Source: Botryllus schlosseri
Taxonomy: Eukaryota
Direction of reading: 5' to 3'
DNA length: 64,000 bases
NCBI GenBank assembly: GCA_051294905.1
Contig: CM119384.1
Span: 7,750,001 to 7,814,000 of the forward strand
Shown here: piece after piece, positions 26,101 through 37,388 of the stretch
Layout: each line of letters starts with the position of its first letter
Numbering within the stretch: the first letter of the stretch is position 1
Notes under the pieces: generated by a model
What the model was told of the DNA's origin: nothing
Seen by the model: the letters and a program-made list of their open reading frames with translations, nothing else
Database searches by the model: none
Translations under genes and position numbers: made by a program

Positions 26101-29100
26101 ACAGGGTAGGTTATATTCAAGTTATGTCTTGAAATTTTTCAAGCGGCGTGGCGAATTAAAACTTGAGACATTAGCCAGGGGTTATTGAATTCTCTATAGC
26201 GTGGACCACTAAATTGTTTTGGGTGGTTGCGTGGCAGTTATTGAACTTTGAGTAAAAATGTGTGGATTTATCTAAAAAATAAATAAGCCCTCATCACGAT
26301 TACATCAAGTCAAAACTGAGGACATATCTTATAAATAACAAGGTATGGTGTTATAATTTATAATTGTACTCTCAACATTGGCTTGGCACAGACCCCTTAA
26401 AACTAGTCTGTGAACCCCGGTTAAAGACCCCCCGCGGTATATGCTTCGGAAATTACCAGACCCATTGTGCCCATTAACTAATGAGACAATTCTTATGGAG
26501 GACTATTTTATGATTTCAGTTACTTTGGGGCATCAAACTGATTTTTTTTCGACGTAAATGTAGCCCTTGGGTTTTACATTAATTTTCAATTGAAGCGACT
26601 CTTGAATGTGCAGTTTCAATATTCAATTGAATAATATATTCATATTGAAATAAACATGACACTGACACTCGTCAGGGGTAATCGTCAACTAGTAGAGAAT
26701 CGGAAAGAACGTGGTATAATGTATATGGACGATTGTATCATCAAATATGATGTCACCGGTGTGAAATTTCAGGATTATGTTGATATGAATACATCGTTCA
26801 AATACGAAATTTTCATTGTCAAAAAGAGATAAATTTTGACCGAATGTCGCCATCGCATTTCAGGCTCCACCATTTCTCGGAGTACAGCATCCAGGTGTAC
26901 GCCTGCAATCACGCATCCGACCCCAAGTCTAGGACGGACCTGACATTTCCGATCAAGGAAATACCAAAAGGCCAAGAGAAAAATGGGAGCTACACGGCAT
27001 GCAGTATCGAAGCGATGGTGATGCGACGTACGGCGCCGGACAAAAGCAAAGATAAAATACCGGGTGACGTGAGAGTCTTGCGGAAGGAAAGGGGATACAA
27101 CGATGTGAGACGCCAAGCTTTTATACCCATTGAAATTTACGTCGTTGCTTCTACTTCTACTAGAGTAGCAACGCTGGCTACTTTAGGCACATCTGTATCT
27201 TGCTTTGTTGCGGAGAGTAAATGTGATAGGAAACCCTTTGGAAGAAGGGCTTTCTTAACTTGAGCTATCGCCCTATGTTTTTGTGATTATATTGCGTCAA
27301 TATGGCTCATGCCAGTATTTACGAGTGCCACTAGCGAGTCTGGCTGCAATGGACTTTTCCAAGACCCTGATATGGAATCGCTGAGTGTGACATCTTCCTC
27401 TGTTTCTAGGACAAAGTGGCGCTGGAGTGGGACATGCCTCCAGATCCGAACGCTTACATCAAAAACTTTCAAATCGAAATAAAAAGCAGCGACAAAGAGG
27501 TTTGTTCCTTGTTCGGCTTCGAGTCGAGTTTGATGACAGTATGGATGATTCAAGAAGTGTAAATATTTTCCTTTTTGCGCCTGCAAAGAAAATTTGCCGG
27601 TCACGCATAGCGTTAAAGATAAACAGGTAGATTTCCTACCGTACTTAATAAGTACTACTTATTTCATTGCACTTTTTGACAATGTTGCGGCTCGATCAGG
27701 ACTTCACGGAAATGTATTTTTCACTTTCGTGCCTAGCTTTGTGCTGTGTTTGAGATGCTGTGACACGACTGATCTTGTTGCTATATAACTATTAGTGGAA
27801 AGAGGTGTATACCCTCAGCACTCGAAAATATCTCTCTCGACTCGACTTGAATCATTACAACACATAACAAACACAACACATAACATAACACAACACATAG
27901 CACAACACAAAACGAAACACAACACATAACACCACACATAACACACAACACACACGCACGATTCGGATTTGGGTACTCAAGTCATTGTGCTCATTTGTCT
28001 CTATTTCAACGAAACGGTCGTTTTCAAAGTGTTGACTTTTCTATTTCCCTGGCATTATTGATACGCATCTCTCTGCACGGCATTGACTCCCAATTTTTTT
28101 CGTCGATACAGAGCAACGTTTTGGAGACGCTCTGCGTTCACGTCAACACGACGGCCGACAAGGACAAGAAAGTGTCGAAAGTGTTGGCGGCCCCCAAAGA
28201 CTTGCCGAGCGGCGAATACACAGGAACGATTACTCCCGTGTCGCTCGCAGGTCTGTAAATTTCTACCCAATTGCAAGTGGCTACTTAGACATTTGTCATT
28301 CTCGTGCTTTTGCGCCTGGTACTGCTACTGGTACTACATTGTTAACAATGTTTAAAATTGAAATCTCTTTTGCAGGAGACGGCCTCACATCGCATTCGTT
28401 CTATTTCGAAGTTACCGACCTCGAGTTGAGACGAAACAACTACCGTATCACCATCACTGTCGCGTCGATACTGGGAATAGTGATCATAGTGGCGGTGGTC
28501 TGCATATTGTTCTACGTCCGGTTCAGGTATGTACTTCAGTTGTTTTCTGCAGAAGTAGAGCTAACATAATATAGTAGCTGTCAAGGCTACTTAATTTGAG
28601 AATACTGTTTTCCTGAGGTCTCGAGAGGTCTGCAATCCAGATATTACTCAGACATGTGTAGTTTATTCGGAAATTAGCAAGGTAGCTTTGTAAAATGAAC
28701 GTTCTCTAGTAATGTGCGTGTGTGACTGGCGTACATACGCGGGCTATATGCGACATGGTATGGCATGATATACACACACGGTATTAACCTTCATTGGATC
28801 ACAATCGCGGATTGTTGCTGTTGCAGTACGCCATCACGAGCCGTGAAACAAATTATTACTTTGTGATTTCGCAGGCAAAAGAGAGAACACCCTGGCAACG
28901 ATTACCCCGGGGACAAAAACCCAGACTACTCCTTCTACAAGTACGAGCCAGACGAGTACGAGGTCCTGGTCGAAAACGTGAACGTCCTGGAGGAAATCGG
29001 ACACGGAGCTTTCGGCAAGGTAACCTGCGACGTTGTTTCGTCGTAGCCGGGTCTAGTGTGCTTCCTTGTCGACAGTGAGAGACGTTCCCCATGAGCATAG

Positions 29101-32100
29101 CCGACGGCTGCTCCCCATGGAACTTTAACCGGTGGCCTGTGTAAATGGTGAAAATCGCGAGGGTACTTTCTGTAGATTTTGACATGTTCACATGAAATGT
29201 TGGTTGGCGATGGTCATGCAGCACACTGCTCGACGTGAATAATGAAGACACTACGCCCATGTCTGGCGTAGTTACACGTCTAGAAAATTTTCACCTTTTA
29301 GAATTTGAATTCGCAAAAACTTTGAACTTGAACTGATTTCTGAATTAGAAAGAAACACGACCAAAATAGAGTTTAGTTTGTATCAAATCATATAATTATC
29401 GATTTGTCTAATTCTGCTCTCCAGTCTTGTGCAGTGGCTGAAAATAACATGAATTCCAGGTATTTGTCGGAATCGCTAAAGGTGTCGTGAAAGGAGAGAC
29501 AAAAACGAGGGTGGCCATCAAGCAGCTGCACGACGGCGCCAGCATGAATATGAGGTGGGTGTAGCGGCCCAGCGATATCACCGCTGTTTCGCGCCAGCTA
29601 ATTTCTCCCCTTTCTCCTGCCAGATGCGACTTTTTGAAAGAAGCCGACATGATGAAGGCTTTTGAGGTCAGTCACGTCGTCCGCTTGCTGGGTGTCGTGT
29701 CCCAGGTGCCCAACCCGATGGTGCTTATGGAGTTTATGGCTAACGGGGACTTGAAGACTTATCTTCGGTTGCAACGCGAGGACGTCGAGGTAATTTTGAG
29801 TCGCTTTTGCGATTTCTGTTGCGTGGGGGTGGGTTTTGGGGGTTGAGAACCACTAGTCTAGAACGGTGCTCTTCAACCGGGGTTGTCGTACACCCTAGGG
29901 TGTACCAGAATTTGCAAAGGGTGTACCACTCGGATGGGGTGTACAGGGGTGTACCAGATCGGAATTACAATGAGCCGATGGCTAGCTATCACAAAGGCAG
30001 GTTTATGGGTCAGTACAGGTTGACGCACAGGTTAATGAGCAATATGGTACGATGTTATCTCAAGTGTAATACTTTACACCGCTTGATTGTGATGTCATAA
30101 GCAAATATTTCTTCTATTCATTTAGCCGTCGGCAATAGACCAATGGTTCCGTTTGGTGTTGGATAGTATGCAGTTAACAAACATGTGTTCCGCTAGTCAT
30201 TTGTCTTTTAGTGATTTTTTGAGGAAACCGCCGCGGTACCTCGGACTTTTTGAATCTGTACTTCCTACCCGACGTTAATATATACCGCAATGCAGCGAAG
30301 TGACGTAGCCAGCCAGGGTCGAAACAGTTTCCATGTTGAAATCGAAACCCTTTTGTTTTAAAATGCCAATGGTATGTCCAATATTTCGCCATACATTTGC
30401 AATTCAGTATTTTGTTATTAGTGATGTAAATTAGCGATAATAGACTGTGTATTGCGGCATACGATCTAAGGTTACTGACATCTCTTGCAGCCCATGTGCT
30501 ATTATCGACTGTGTGTGGTGTGGGAGAGGCTTGATACGCAGTAGGCTGGTGCGCCCGCTATCAGCGCTGATCTCAATTACCGCTTCTGCAGCAGTAGCTT
30601 TACCTACTCTCTCCCCAATACTGTTACATTTAGGTTGATTATCGTTCGTAATGTCATGCTGTTTTTGCTCTGACATGAAATAAATTCCAATTTGCGTGGC
30701 GGGGGGCCTAACTGGCTGCGAATAGACTCTGTGACCAAATACTATTTTATTCAAATCCAAATTTTTTGACGGCAATAACTCTGCTTCTACTGGTCTGAAT
30801 TGAACCAAATTTGAGGAACATCGTTTTTATAGACAAATTAATACTTTCATGGGGTGAACAGAAAAATTTCAAATTTTTCGTTATTTATCTTTATATAATA
30901 AATAGAAACTTTCTTCTCCCGTAGCAAGGCGGCTACTGGTTGGAATTGAACCAAATTTGGTGTGTAGGCTTAAGTTAGTTAACCTAACAATTTTATCAAG
31001 TAGCCAGTATGATTTCAGAAAAAAAGTCATTTTTGAAGACCTCTAATGAGCAGGGGTGTACGAGTTTTGAGCAAACGTTAAAAGGGTGTACCATGTCGAA
31101 AAAGGTTGAAGAGCACTGGTCTAGAAATTGTTACGTGCCAAATATGATAAATTTAATTATAATCGAAAGAACATGAAGTTGCCATGGCTCGATATCGACT
31201 ACCAAATTAGTTCCGGCATTAAAAGACAGCCACACCCGTAACAATTTGAGAAGCGGGATGAAGCACCTTTATCTCTCCGAGCCCAAAACCGCGGTTTTCA
31301 AGTCAAATTTCCACCGTAAACCTTTTCGCCCGTCTGTAATCGCAGGGCAAGCCTGTCGTGGTGGACCCGCTGAGCTTACAAACGAAACTGCAAATGGCCA
31401 CGGAAGTGGCGGACGGCATGCTGTACCTGTCCGATCGTAAGTTCATCCACCGCGACTTGGCCGCGAGAAACTGTCTGGTCAACGACGCGGGGACGGTGAA
31501 AATCGGAGACTTTGGGCTGGCGCGCGAGGTCTACGAATGTGACTACTACAGGAAGGAAAGCAGAGGTGAGACCGGTTTGTTGCATGCTTCCAGAGTATTT
31601 GAAGAGCTTCTCGGAAGTACAGAACTTCAATAAACAGTTGAATAGTATATTTATAGTGAAATAAAGCCGAATTATCTACTAGTTGCTGACGATTACCCCT
31701 AACGAGTTCATCCGAAATTATTCTTACGAATATGTTATTCAATTTTCGAGTATTCATCATCAGTGCTTGAGGAGAAATAGAAAAGAGTCCACAACTTGAA
31801 TCGCTAACTCTAGTTCTGCCCCCAAAAATTGTAGACTGTCAGGTGAAAGTAGTCAAACACCATAACAATTCGGCAAAATCAGCTTTAATGCTCTGGAAAG
31901 GTAGGACTTGGTCAATGATCAACTCTGCGTGCTGCTTCCGATGTTTTTCGTTGAATTTTTTATTTATTTGAAATTGGCGCAAAGGGAATTATAGTTTTTG
32001 AATTCCGAACGTGGGGAACAACAGTTCTTGAAGAACCTGGGGCGTAATCGCTGTCGGCCGATTACCTAATTTTCGAAAAATCTTGCAGGTTTTCTTCCGA

Positions 32101-34773
32101 TTCGCTGGATGGCGCCGGAGTCGCTGAAAGACGGGGTGTTCAACTCGAGGTCCGACGTCTGGTCGTACGGCATTGTCGTCTGGGAGATTGCGACCTTGGC
32201 GCAACAGCCTTACCAAGGCAAGCAGCACGACGAGGTCACGAGATTCGTCATCGACGGAGGGTACATGGAGAAGCCAAAAGATTGCCCGTCTAAATTGTGA
32301 GTCGCGTCGATACTCATCGTTACAGATAGACCCCGTCCCATGATATTAATTTCGAACTTGAATCCACGCGTGTTGCGTTGGCCCAGGCGAAATCAAGCAC
32401 CTGAGTGTTTTGGTTATGCTCAGCCCTAATTTCGCGTCGATTTATTGATCCGCATTTAAATAACCTCTGCAGATACAACATGATCAATTTCCATGTGCAT
32501 GAATAAACACAGCCCAAAGCTCCTATTTGTTCGATACAAACAGACTTGTAAAAACTGGTGTATTCATAACTAGAACTCCTCACTTTTTTCAATCCGCAAC
32601 AACTACAACTTTAATTACTGACTTTTAAAAATCTGCATCTAGAACTAGAACTACTCGCTTTCCGCAACTTCAACTAAAACTTTAAATACTCACTTTTCAA
32701 AATCTGCAAATGCTTTTACAACTTTTAATACACATTTTTAAAAACTACAACTAGAACTTTGAATACTCACTTTCAAAATCCGCAACTACAACTAGAACCA
32801 GAACTACTCGCTTTTCAAAATTCGCAACTGGAACTAGAACTACTCGAAAAACCGTTAGTTAGTTTACTGTCAAGTCTGTATATAAAGTATAGCTTAGCCC
32901 TGACCCTATCGCCGTCCCATAGCTACGGGCCTATGAATAAATGATCGACGATAGCGATTCAGCGTCCCAAATTAGCAAGACTATAACATCATTAAGAAAA
33001 CTTTCATAAAAACGTGATACACAGTGTAACCTGTACACGTACAGATACAACATAATCAGTTCAGTTTGTGTGATTAAACGCAGTCTACAACCGAGAGCCC
33101 CCGTCAACAAAACATGCAGTCGCGATTTCAATTGTGCCGTTCTATCCGCAGGTACGACCTCATGAAGATATGCTGGGAGTACAATCCGAGAATGAGGCCG
33201 GAATTTCGGGAGCTGGTGAACTTGCTGCTGCGTGAAGGTGAAGTCAACAACCAATTCCTGGAAATCAGCTACTATGGAAACGAAGATCAATTGTACGTAG
33301 CACTGCGCTTTTCTTGTTCTGATTGAGTTAAGTTCTCTAGTAGATTTTGTCTCCTTGTACTGCTTACTTGAGCGGTTACGGTTATAAACTGTTTCCGCCT
33401 CGACTGTTCTTGAAGCTTGGTTTTTGTAGAGTAGAGAGTAGTATTTGCATATATTCAGAGCAGTGGCTCCAAAACTTATCAAGCCTGGGATATCCTATCC
33501 CCCCTTAAAAGCTAGAGGTCATCAGTAACAAAGCGCTTGTAAGTTTACATACTACTCAAGTAGATTTAGTCCACTTGTTTTGCTGACTGAAGTCGTTTTT
33601 GCTTCAACAGTCAACAGCTCGTGATGCTGAAATACTAATTTTGCATACTGAGCGATGATAGCAAAATGAAAGTCATTATATTATTCGCTCTAATTACTTT
33701 TCTCTGAGTTAAGTTGATGCAAGATAGCGTAGTGGAGCGTCCGGCTTCTTGATCGGTAGGTCATGTGTTTGAAATCCCTGACTGGGTCAGACCAAAGATA
33801 TGATTGGTTTCCGTGGGTACACCGCTTAGCGCTCTGCATTGTCAGGATAGCATGGAGGGGCGGTGCAAGAGTTATAAGCCTTACAAGGCTATATCTGCAC
33901 CTTCCTCGTCCAACGGCACATGGTATGCATATGTACAGATCGTGTGTGTGTAGTGTGTGTGTATCATGAGCCAGTGTATATGCCGCAAAAACATCAAGGA
34001 CAAAAATTTATAACGTCCTATTCCTGCGATATAGACAAAATTTCGATGACCTTGAACTAAAAACACCAAGATCGTCAATGGCTTTTTTTGGATCCCAGAA
34101 AACTAGTCCGCAGAATACTCAGTTAAAATCAATTTTCATTTGCAGTCCGATCCGCAGCCACCCGCCGATGCAGACGGGACATACCTACTCGGAACACATG
34201 GACGCATCATACGCGTGCGACGACCCAGGGACATCCCCAATACCGTCCCAGCCCAACGGCATCGGCATCAACGGCAACGACTATTACCGAAACCAAAACT
34301 CAAATCACCAGCCCGGCACGCCAGAGACCCGGCCCCTGATCCCGCTCGAACGGGAGAGCGCCGAGGCCCCGTGCAACGACGAGAGGTCCATGAACACAAT
34401 GTCGACCACTGCACCCCGGTCTCCACTACCGGGGCTGTCCCGGTCTTCGAGAGAGAATGAATACGGCAGCGATAGCTCCTATGAAAATGAGTCTGATGAG
34501 AGCTTGTCAAGAGGCGGGTATGTCAGCGCTAGAGACTCTGGGACTTTTGTGAGAAGCGAACGGGATGCTGCCCCGGTCAGGCACAAGAATCGTGCCGGGC
34601 GGCGGAAATCCAAGTCTTACGAGTACGATCTCGAGTCTGGGCTAGGGGAGAACATGTGCGACAACTCTACGTCGCACAGTAGCGCGTCCACGCCCACCGA
34701 GTCCCACGGATTGCTGCCATTCGACAGGCGGGACACGGGTCATGTGCTGCACACGGCGTCGACCACGTGCTGA
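17010..34773 (+). CDS. INSR: Insulin/IGF-1 receptor family tyrosine kinase (5'-partial; 25 exons, about 1345 aa in window)
   Basis: Exons 17010-17182, 19012-19171, 19244-19345, 20334-20475, 20870-21072, 21316-21448, 22125-22178, 23065-23309, 23636-23806, 24964-25049, 25162-25271, 25424-25483, 25867-25925, 25991-26105, 26864-27104, 27410-27499, 28112-28250, 28376-28526, 28875-29019, 29460-29554, 29624-29789, 31346-31565, 32089-32296, 33152-33292, 34146-34773. All GT-AG with consistent phases (4037 nt plus 1 split base). Domains: Cys-rich, L2, FnIII x3, alphaCT ([10 protein letters not shown]), RKKR/SL cleavage site, TM, NPDY, kinase ([27 protein letters not shown]). Confidence 0.96.
17330..17508. 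mobile_element. Partial copy (right end) of the GACTCG-array MITE
   Basis: Ends GGTTACAACCCTG; GACTTGGACTCG repeats as at 62320-62475. Confidence 0.7.
18420..18930. mobile_element. Degenerate near-full copy of the GACTCG-array MITE
   Basis: GACTCGACTCGAGTCA arrays at both ends with an AT-rich middle, similar to 61997-62475. Confidence 0.7.
19012..19171 (+). CDS. INSR: INSR exon, Cys-rich domain
   Basis: ttcag|[32 protein letters not shown]|gtgggt. Confidence 0.92.
19244..19345 (+). CDS. INSR: INSR exon, start of L2
   Basis: [33 protein letters not shown]; AG/GT flanks. Confidence 0.92.
20334..20475 (+). CDS. INSR: INSR exon, L2
   Basis: [30 protein letters not shown]; AG/GT flanks. Confidence 0.92.
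20870..21072 (+). CDS. INSR: INSR exon, L2 end
   Basis: [25 protein letters not shown]. Confidence 0.93.
21316..21448 (+). CDS. INSR: INSR exon, FnIII-1
   Basis: [24 protein letters not shown]. Confidence 0.93.
22125..22178 (+). CDS. INSR: INSR exon, FnIII-1 (alpha-alpha Cys)
   Basis: [12 protein letters not shown], compare DACGSNSW. Confidence 0.92.
23065..23309 (+). CDS. INSR: INSR exon, FnIII-1
   Basis: [27 protein letters not shown]. Confidence 0.92.
23636..23806 (+). CDS. INSR: INSR exon, FnIII-2a
   Basis: [33 protein letters not shown]. Confidence 0.93.
23950..24560. mobile_element. Foldback/MITE with long imperfect inverted arms
   Basis: GTACTGGCTACTTGATAAAAT (about 23986) inverts to ATTTTATCAAGTAGCCAGTAC (about 24518-24538). 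Related arms at about 30720-31040 and 55965-56170. Confidence 0.7.
24964..25049 (+). CDS. INSR: INSR exon, insert domain
   Basis: ctgcag|[29 protein letters not shown]|gtcggt; phases 1/0 fit neighbours. Confidence 0.8.
25162..25271 (+). CDS. INSR: INSR exon, Cys cluster and alphaCT
   Basis: [24 protein letters not shown]|gtaagt. Confidence 0.93.
25424..25483 (+). CDS. INSR: INSR 60-nt symmetric exon (candidate cassette, exon-11 position)
   Basis: cttctgtattcag|[21 protein letters not shown]|gtaagt; phase 2/2; completes R-K-K-R with the next exon. Confidence 0.8.
25867..25925 (+). CDS. INSR: INSR exon, alpha/beta cleavage site
   Basis: ttacag|[19 protein letters not shown]|gtgagt. Confidence 0.9.
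25991..26105 (+). CDS. INSR: INSR exon, beta N-terminus
   Basis: [30 protein letters not shown]|gtaggt; alternative in-frame acceptor ending 25996. Confidence 0.85.
26864..27104 (+). CDS. INSR: INSR exon, FnIII-2b
   Basis: [29 protein letters not shown]. Confidence 0.92.
27410..27499 (+). CDS. INSR: INSR exon, FnIII-3
   Basis: [24 protein letters not shown]. Confidence 0.9.
27858..27958 (+). repeat. Imperfect (AACAC/AACAT)n microsatellite
   Basis: aacacataacaaacacaacacataacataacacaacac... Confidence 0.85.
28112..28250 (+). CDS. INSR: INSR exon, FnIII-3
   Basis: [25 protein letters not shown]. Confidence 0.9.
28376..28526 (+). CDS. INSR: INSR exon, transmembrane helix
   Basis: [27 protein letters not shown]. 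Confidence 0.93.
28875..29019 (+). CDS. INSR: INSR exon, juxtamembrane NPxY and Gly loop
   Basis: [25 protein letters not shown]. Confidence 0.94.
29460..29554 (+). CDS. INSR: INSR exon, kinase N-lobe
   Basis: [21 protein letters not shown]. Confidence 0.94.
29624..29789 (+). CDS. INSR: INSR exon, kinase
   Basis: [33 protein letters not shown]. Confidence 0.95.
29864..31118. mobile_element. Non-autonomous hAT (Charlie-like) element in INSR intron
   Basis: TIRs CGGTGCTCTTCAACC / GGTTGAAGAGCACTG; perfect 8-bp TSD GTCTAGAA; reiterated subterminal GGGTGTAC. Confidence 0.85.
31346..31565 (+). CDS. INSR: INSR exon, catalytic and activation loops
   Basis: [37 protein letters not shown]. Confidence 0.96.
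32089..32296 (+). CDS. INSR: INSR exon, kinase C-lobe
   Basis: [39 protein letters not shown]. Confidence 0.96.
32541..32878. mobile_element. hAT-type MITE with internal tandem CTAGAACTACTC/CCGCAAC units
   Basis: TIRs CAGACTTG / CAAGTCTG; TSD GATACAAA vs TATATAAA (6/8). Related inverted, interrupted copy at about 9531-10068. Confidence 0.65.
33152..33292 (+). CDS. INSR: INSR exon, kinase end
   Basis: [25 protein letters not shown]. Confidence 0.94.
33720..34010 (+). mobile_element. tRNA-derived SINE (central domain resembles MetaSINE as recalled)
   Basis: A-box-like TAGCGTAGTGG, B-box-like GTTTGAAATCC, then GGGTCAGACCAAAGA..ATTGGT..CCGCTTAGCGC..GCATT; TG-repeat tail. Confidence 0.55.
34146..34773 (+). 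CDS. INSR: INSR terminal exon, long C-tail ending ASTTC*
   Basis: ttttcatttgcag acceptor, phase 2 (alternative in-phase acceptor ending 34157); open to TGA at 34771-34773. Confidence 0.85.
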
Positions 34774-36649
34774 CCCTGTTCAGGCTGGTGTTCCCGGTAA
34801 ATTATTTGTTTTTGAAGGCGATGGGAACACACTGTGCTATTCATATCTCTACCCGCGCCGGAAGGTGGTGATACACGGGTTGACTTTGTCATGTGACAAG
34901 TTACAGGAGCCCCGCCCTGGAACCGTGTGGTTTACCTCGCGAAAAAACGTATTGCATAAACAGTTATACACTTCCTCCCGGCGGGTTGACTACCATTACT
35001 TTACGGCCTGGCCGAATTGTATTCTGCGGGCCCTACCTCATCAAGGCTACAAGCCCCATGGGCCAGTCATCCCGGATCGCATGCACTTTTTCTTTTCATT
35101 ACGGAGTATCGACCACAAGACGAGAGCCTTTGGCACGCTATGGGCTTGTACGGTGTACACTGTACAGTTCCCGTGGAATAGTTTGAAAATGGCAATATCG
35201 GCTCGTTTTTTAGGCTGTTGCGTGTCTCTGGCGGCGATACACTGCTCTAAATGACTGATGCTGGGCAAAATCTAAGTACATAGGTGATTTGATTCGGTAT
35301 TGAGTATTTATCTTCGAGTCGAATGTCTGACTATCACTAATTATGTTCAGCCCCTTAAATAACGATGACGCATTTTTGGTGTGACTGTAAACTATGGATG
35401 CGCCTTTACCGGTGCGTATAATTCCACAAGCAAAATTCTACTTTATTTAAATTCCTCCGACTAAGACGACGGCCTACTGTTGATCGCATTCTGTGAAACG
35501 CCTGGTCGATGCATGCATGCAAATTTCGCCGACAGCATTCTCTCACACTTACTCTGCCACGCCTTACCGAAAAGGGCCTCCTTTTTAGCGTTTTCCGTTC
35601 CGATGGTTTCATACTGTTTCGAAAAGTTCCCTCGATTATTTTTCTTTAAGCTCGTTTTGGCGCCATTTTTTACGCTGCCTTGTGACGTGTGTGTGCACGG
35701 CTTTCTCTCACCCATGGCCTCCATTATAATCCCTTGGTTCATTTCTAATCGTACACGGTGCCGTGTTTATCGTTTGGAACGCCCCGATTATTATTATTCG
35801 CGTGACAGTATTTGTCTGCATACAACTCAAACGCGTTTTGATCATTGTAAATTTCAGTTTCATTCTGTTAATTGTATCGCGATTGAATTGTAAATCGGTG
35901 TTGAATTCAAACGTGATGCCATCATCTCAGATATGATCCCGCTTTTAAAAACTTGCCGAATCGCGTCGGCGATACAATTGCGCGTTACGCGGTAACGCAA
36001 ACCAGCCCCGTCTTCTGCGTCGCTAAGATACGTATTTTTATTTTCGTAGCGGAACGTTTGCTGACATTCGTCGGAATGTGTTTGAGACACTTTATTCGGT
36101 TTCGGTTGCTCATTTTCCTTATTGTTTTTATTATATTTATTTTAATTACCGCTTTCTATTTTGTAACTACAAAACTATCGATGGATTAGTGGGCTCGGCC
36201 ACGTTGTTGACACACTCATCCAATCTCACGCCAGCACTGAACAGCTGTTACCAACCGCGGTAACTAACCCTCGTGTGGGATTCCTTTCGAGGCTGCTATC
36301 GTCAAATTTCCACTTTTTTTTTTACATCGAATATGCTGCTCACTATTATTTTCATTTCTTCATCCGTGCTGTAGGAGGTGATCTCGATAATACGGTCCCG
36401 ACCCAATGGCCACACTTGGACGGCTAGATGCTTTTAATATCAATTACACTAATTAGGGGGAAATGCCCAGTAATTTAATTTTTTGCCGTTTGCCATTCTC
36501 ATTTATATAAGAATGAATTCTGATTTATTATGAACTGACCTTAATTTCTGTTGTATTTCTTCCAAGTTTTTTCGAATTCAGTAATTCTGATTCTAATCTA
36601 ATTCTGAAAAGCTGAAAATGTTCTAGTTGTCCAAGTATGGTCCAAACCC

Positions 36650-36657
36650 AATAAAGC
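36650..36657 (+). terminator. Candidate polyadenylation signal for INSR
   Basis: First AATAAA I noticed downstream of the stop, about 1.9 kb away; not verified. Confidence 0.25.
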
Positions 36658-37388
36658 AACCAAAATCTGCGTCTGTAGTTCATTCTGTCGCGTAACACCG
36701 AAAAAAATTCTATTATCTGATTTTGTTTGAAGTCTCACAAAACGGTGCTTCGTTTGGTGCTCAAAACTCCGTGAAACACAGAATGTGACGTAAGCAGCTG
36801 GTCCTGGGGACTTCCGTGACTCGGGGCCGCGTTTCGAGGCTCTGGTGATATCTTTTTTTCGGTCATGTCCGCTTCATGTTTTATCTATGTTATGTGTTTT
36901 AATCTGATGCTTTTCTTCCTTTCTCTCTTTAGTTGTATTGGTCGCTTACCTTCGTATTGTAAACTTTAATACACGACGAATGCGGCGTGATTGCGTTTGG
37001 TTTTGACTGTTGATTGACGGAGTAGCTACGATTTTCTGGGCCTGGTTAACTACGTGTTAACTACGTTAGGGGTAGTGTGGTTTACGAGCACATATTTCAG
37101 GTGGTCAGTGGTCACGTTACAGACATTAGTGATTTAAAAGTCATGTCAGCAAATCATATTAGCAGACTTGGATGGGCGAAATCGCGTGTTGATTCTGGGA
37201 TATCTATAACTAGTTTTATATTTGGGTCTGACGAAAGCGATTGCTGTCTTTGCTAGCTTCCAGGCTGAGCCTCGTTAGGTTACCAAGGCAGCGAAGAGGT
37301 CATCAAGTAGCGTTATGCTCGGTTCAAAACTGGAAACTCTGCGGCGGGTGAATGCAGTAGATGAGGTTGTGAGATTGGTGGTATTTTG

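Noticed and set aside
34140-35254. Alternative-frame ORFs overlapping the last receptor exon and stop (106 aa, 170 aa)
   Set aside because: Expected in GC-rich coding and UTR sequence; no motif and no splice route supports them.
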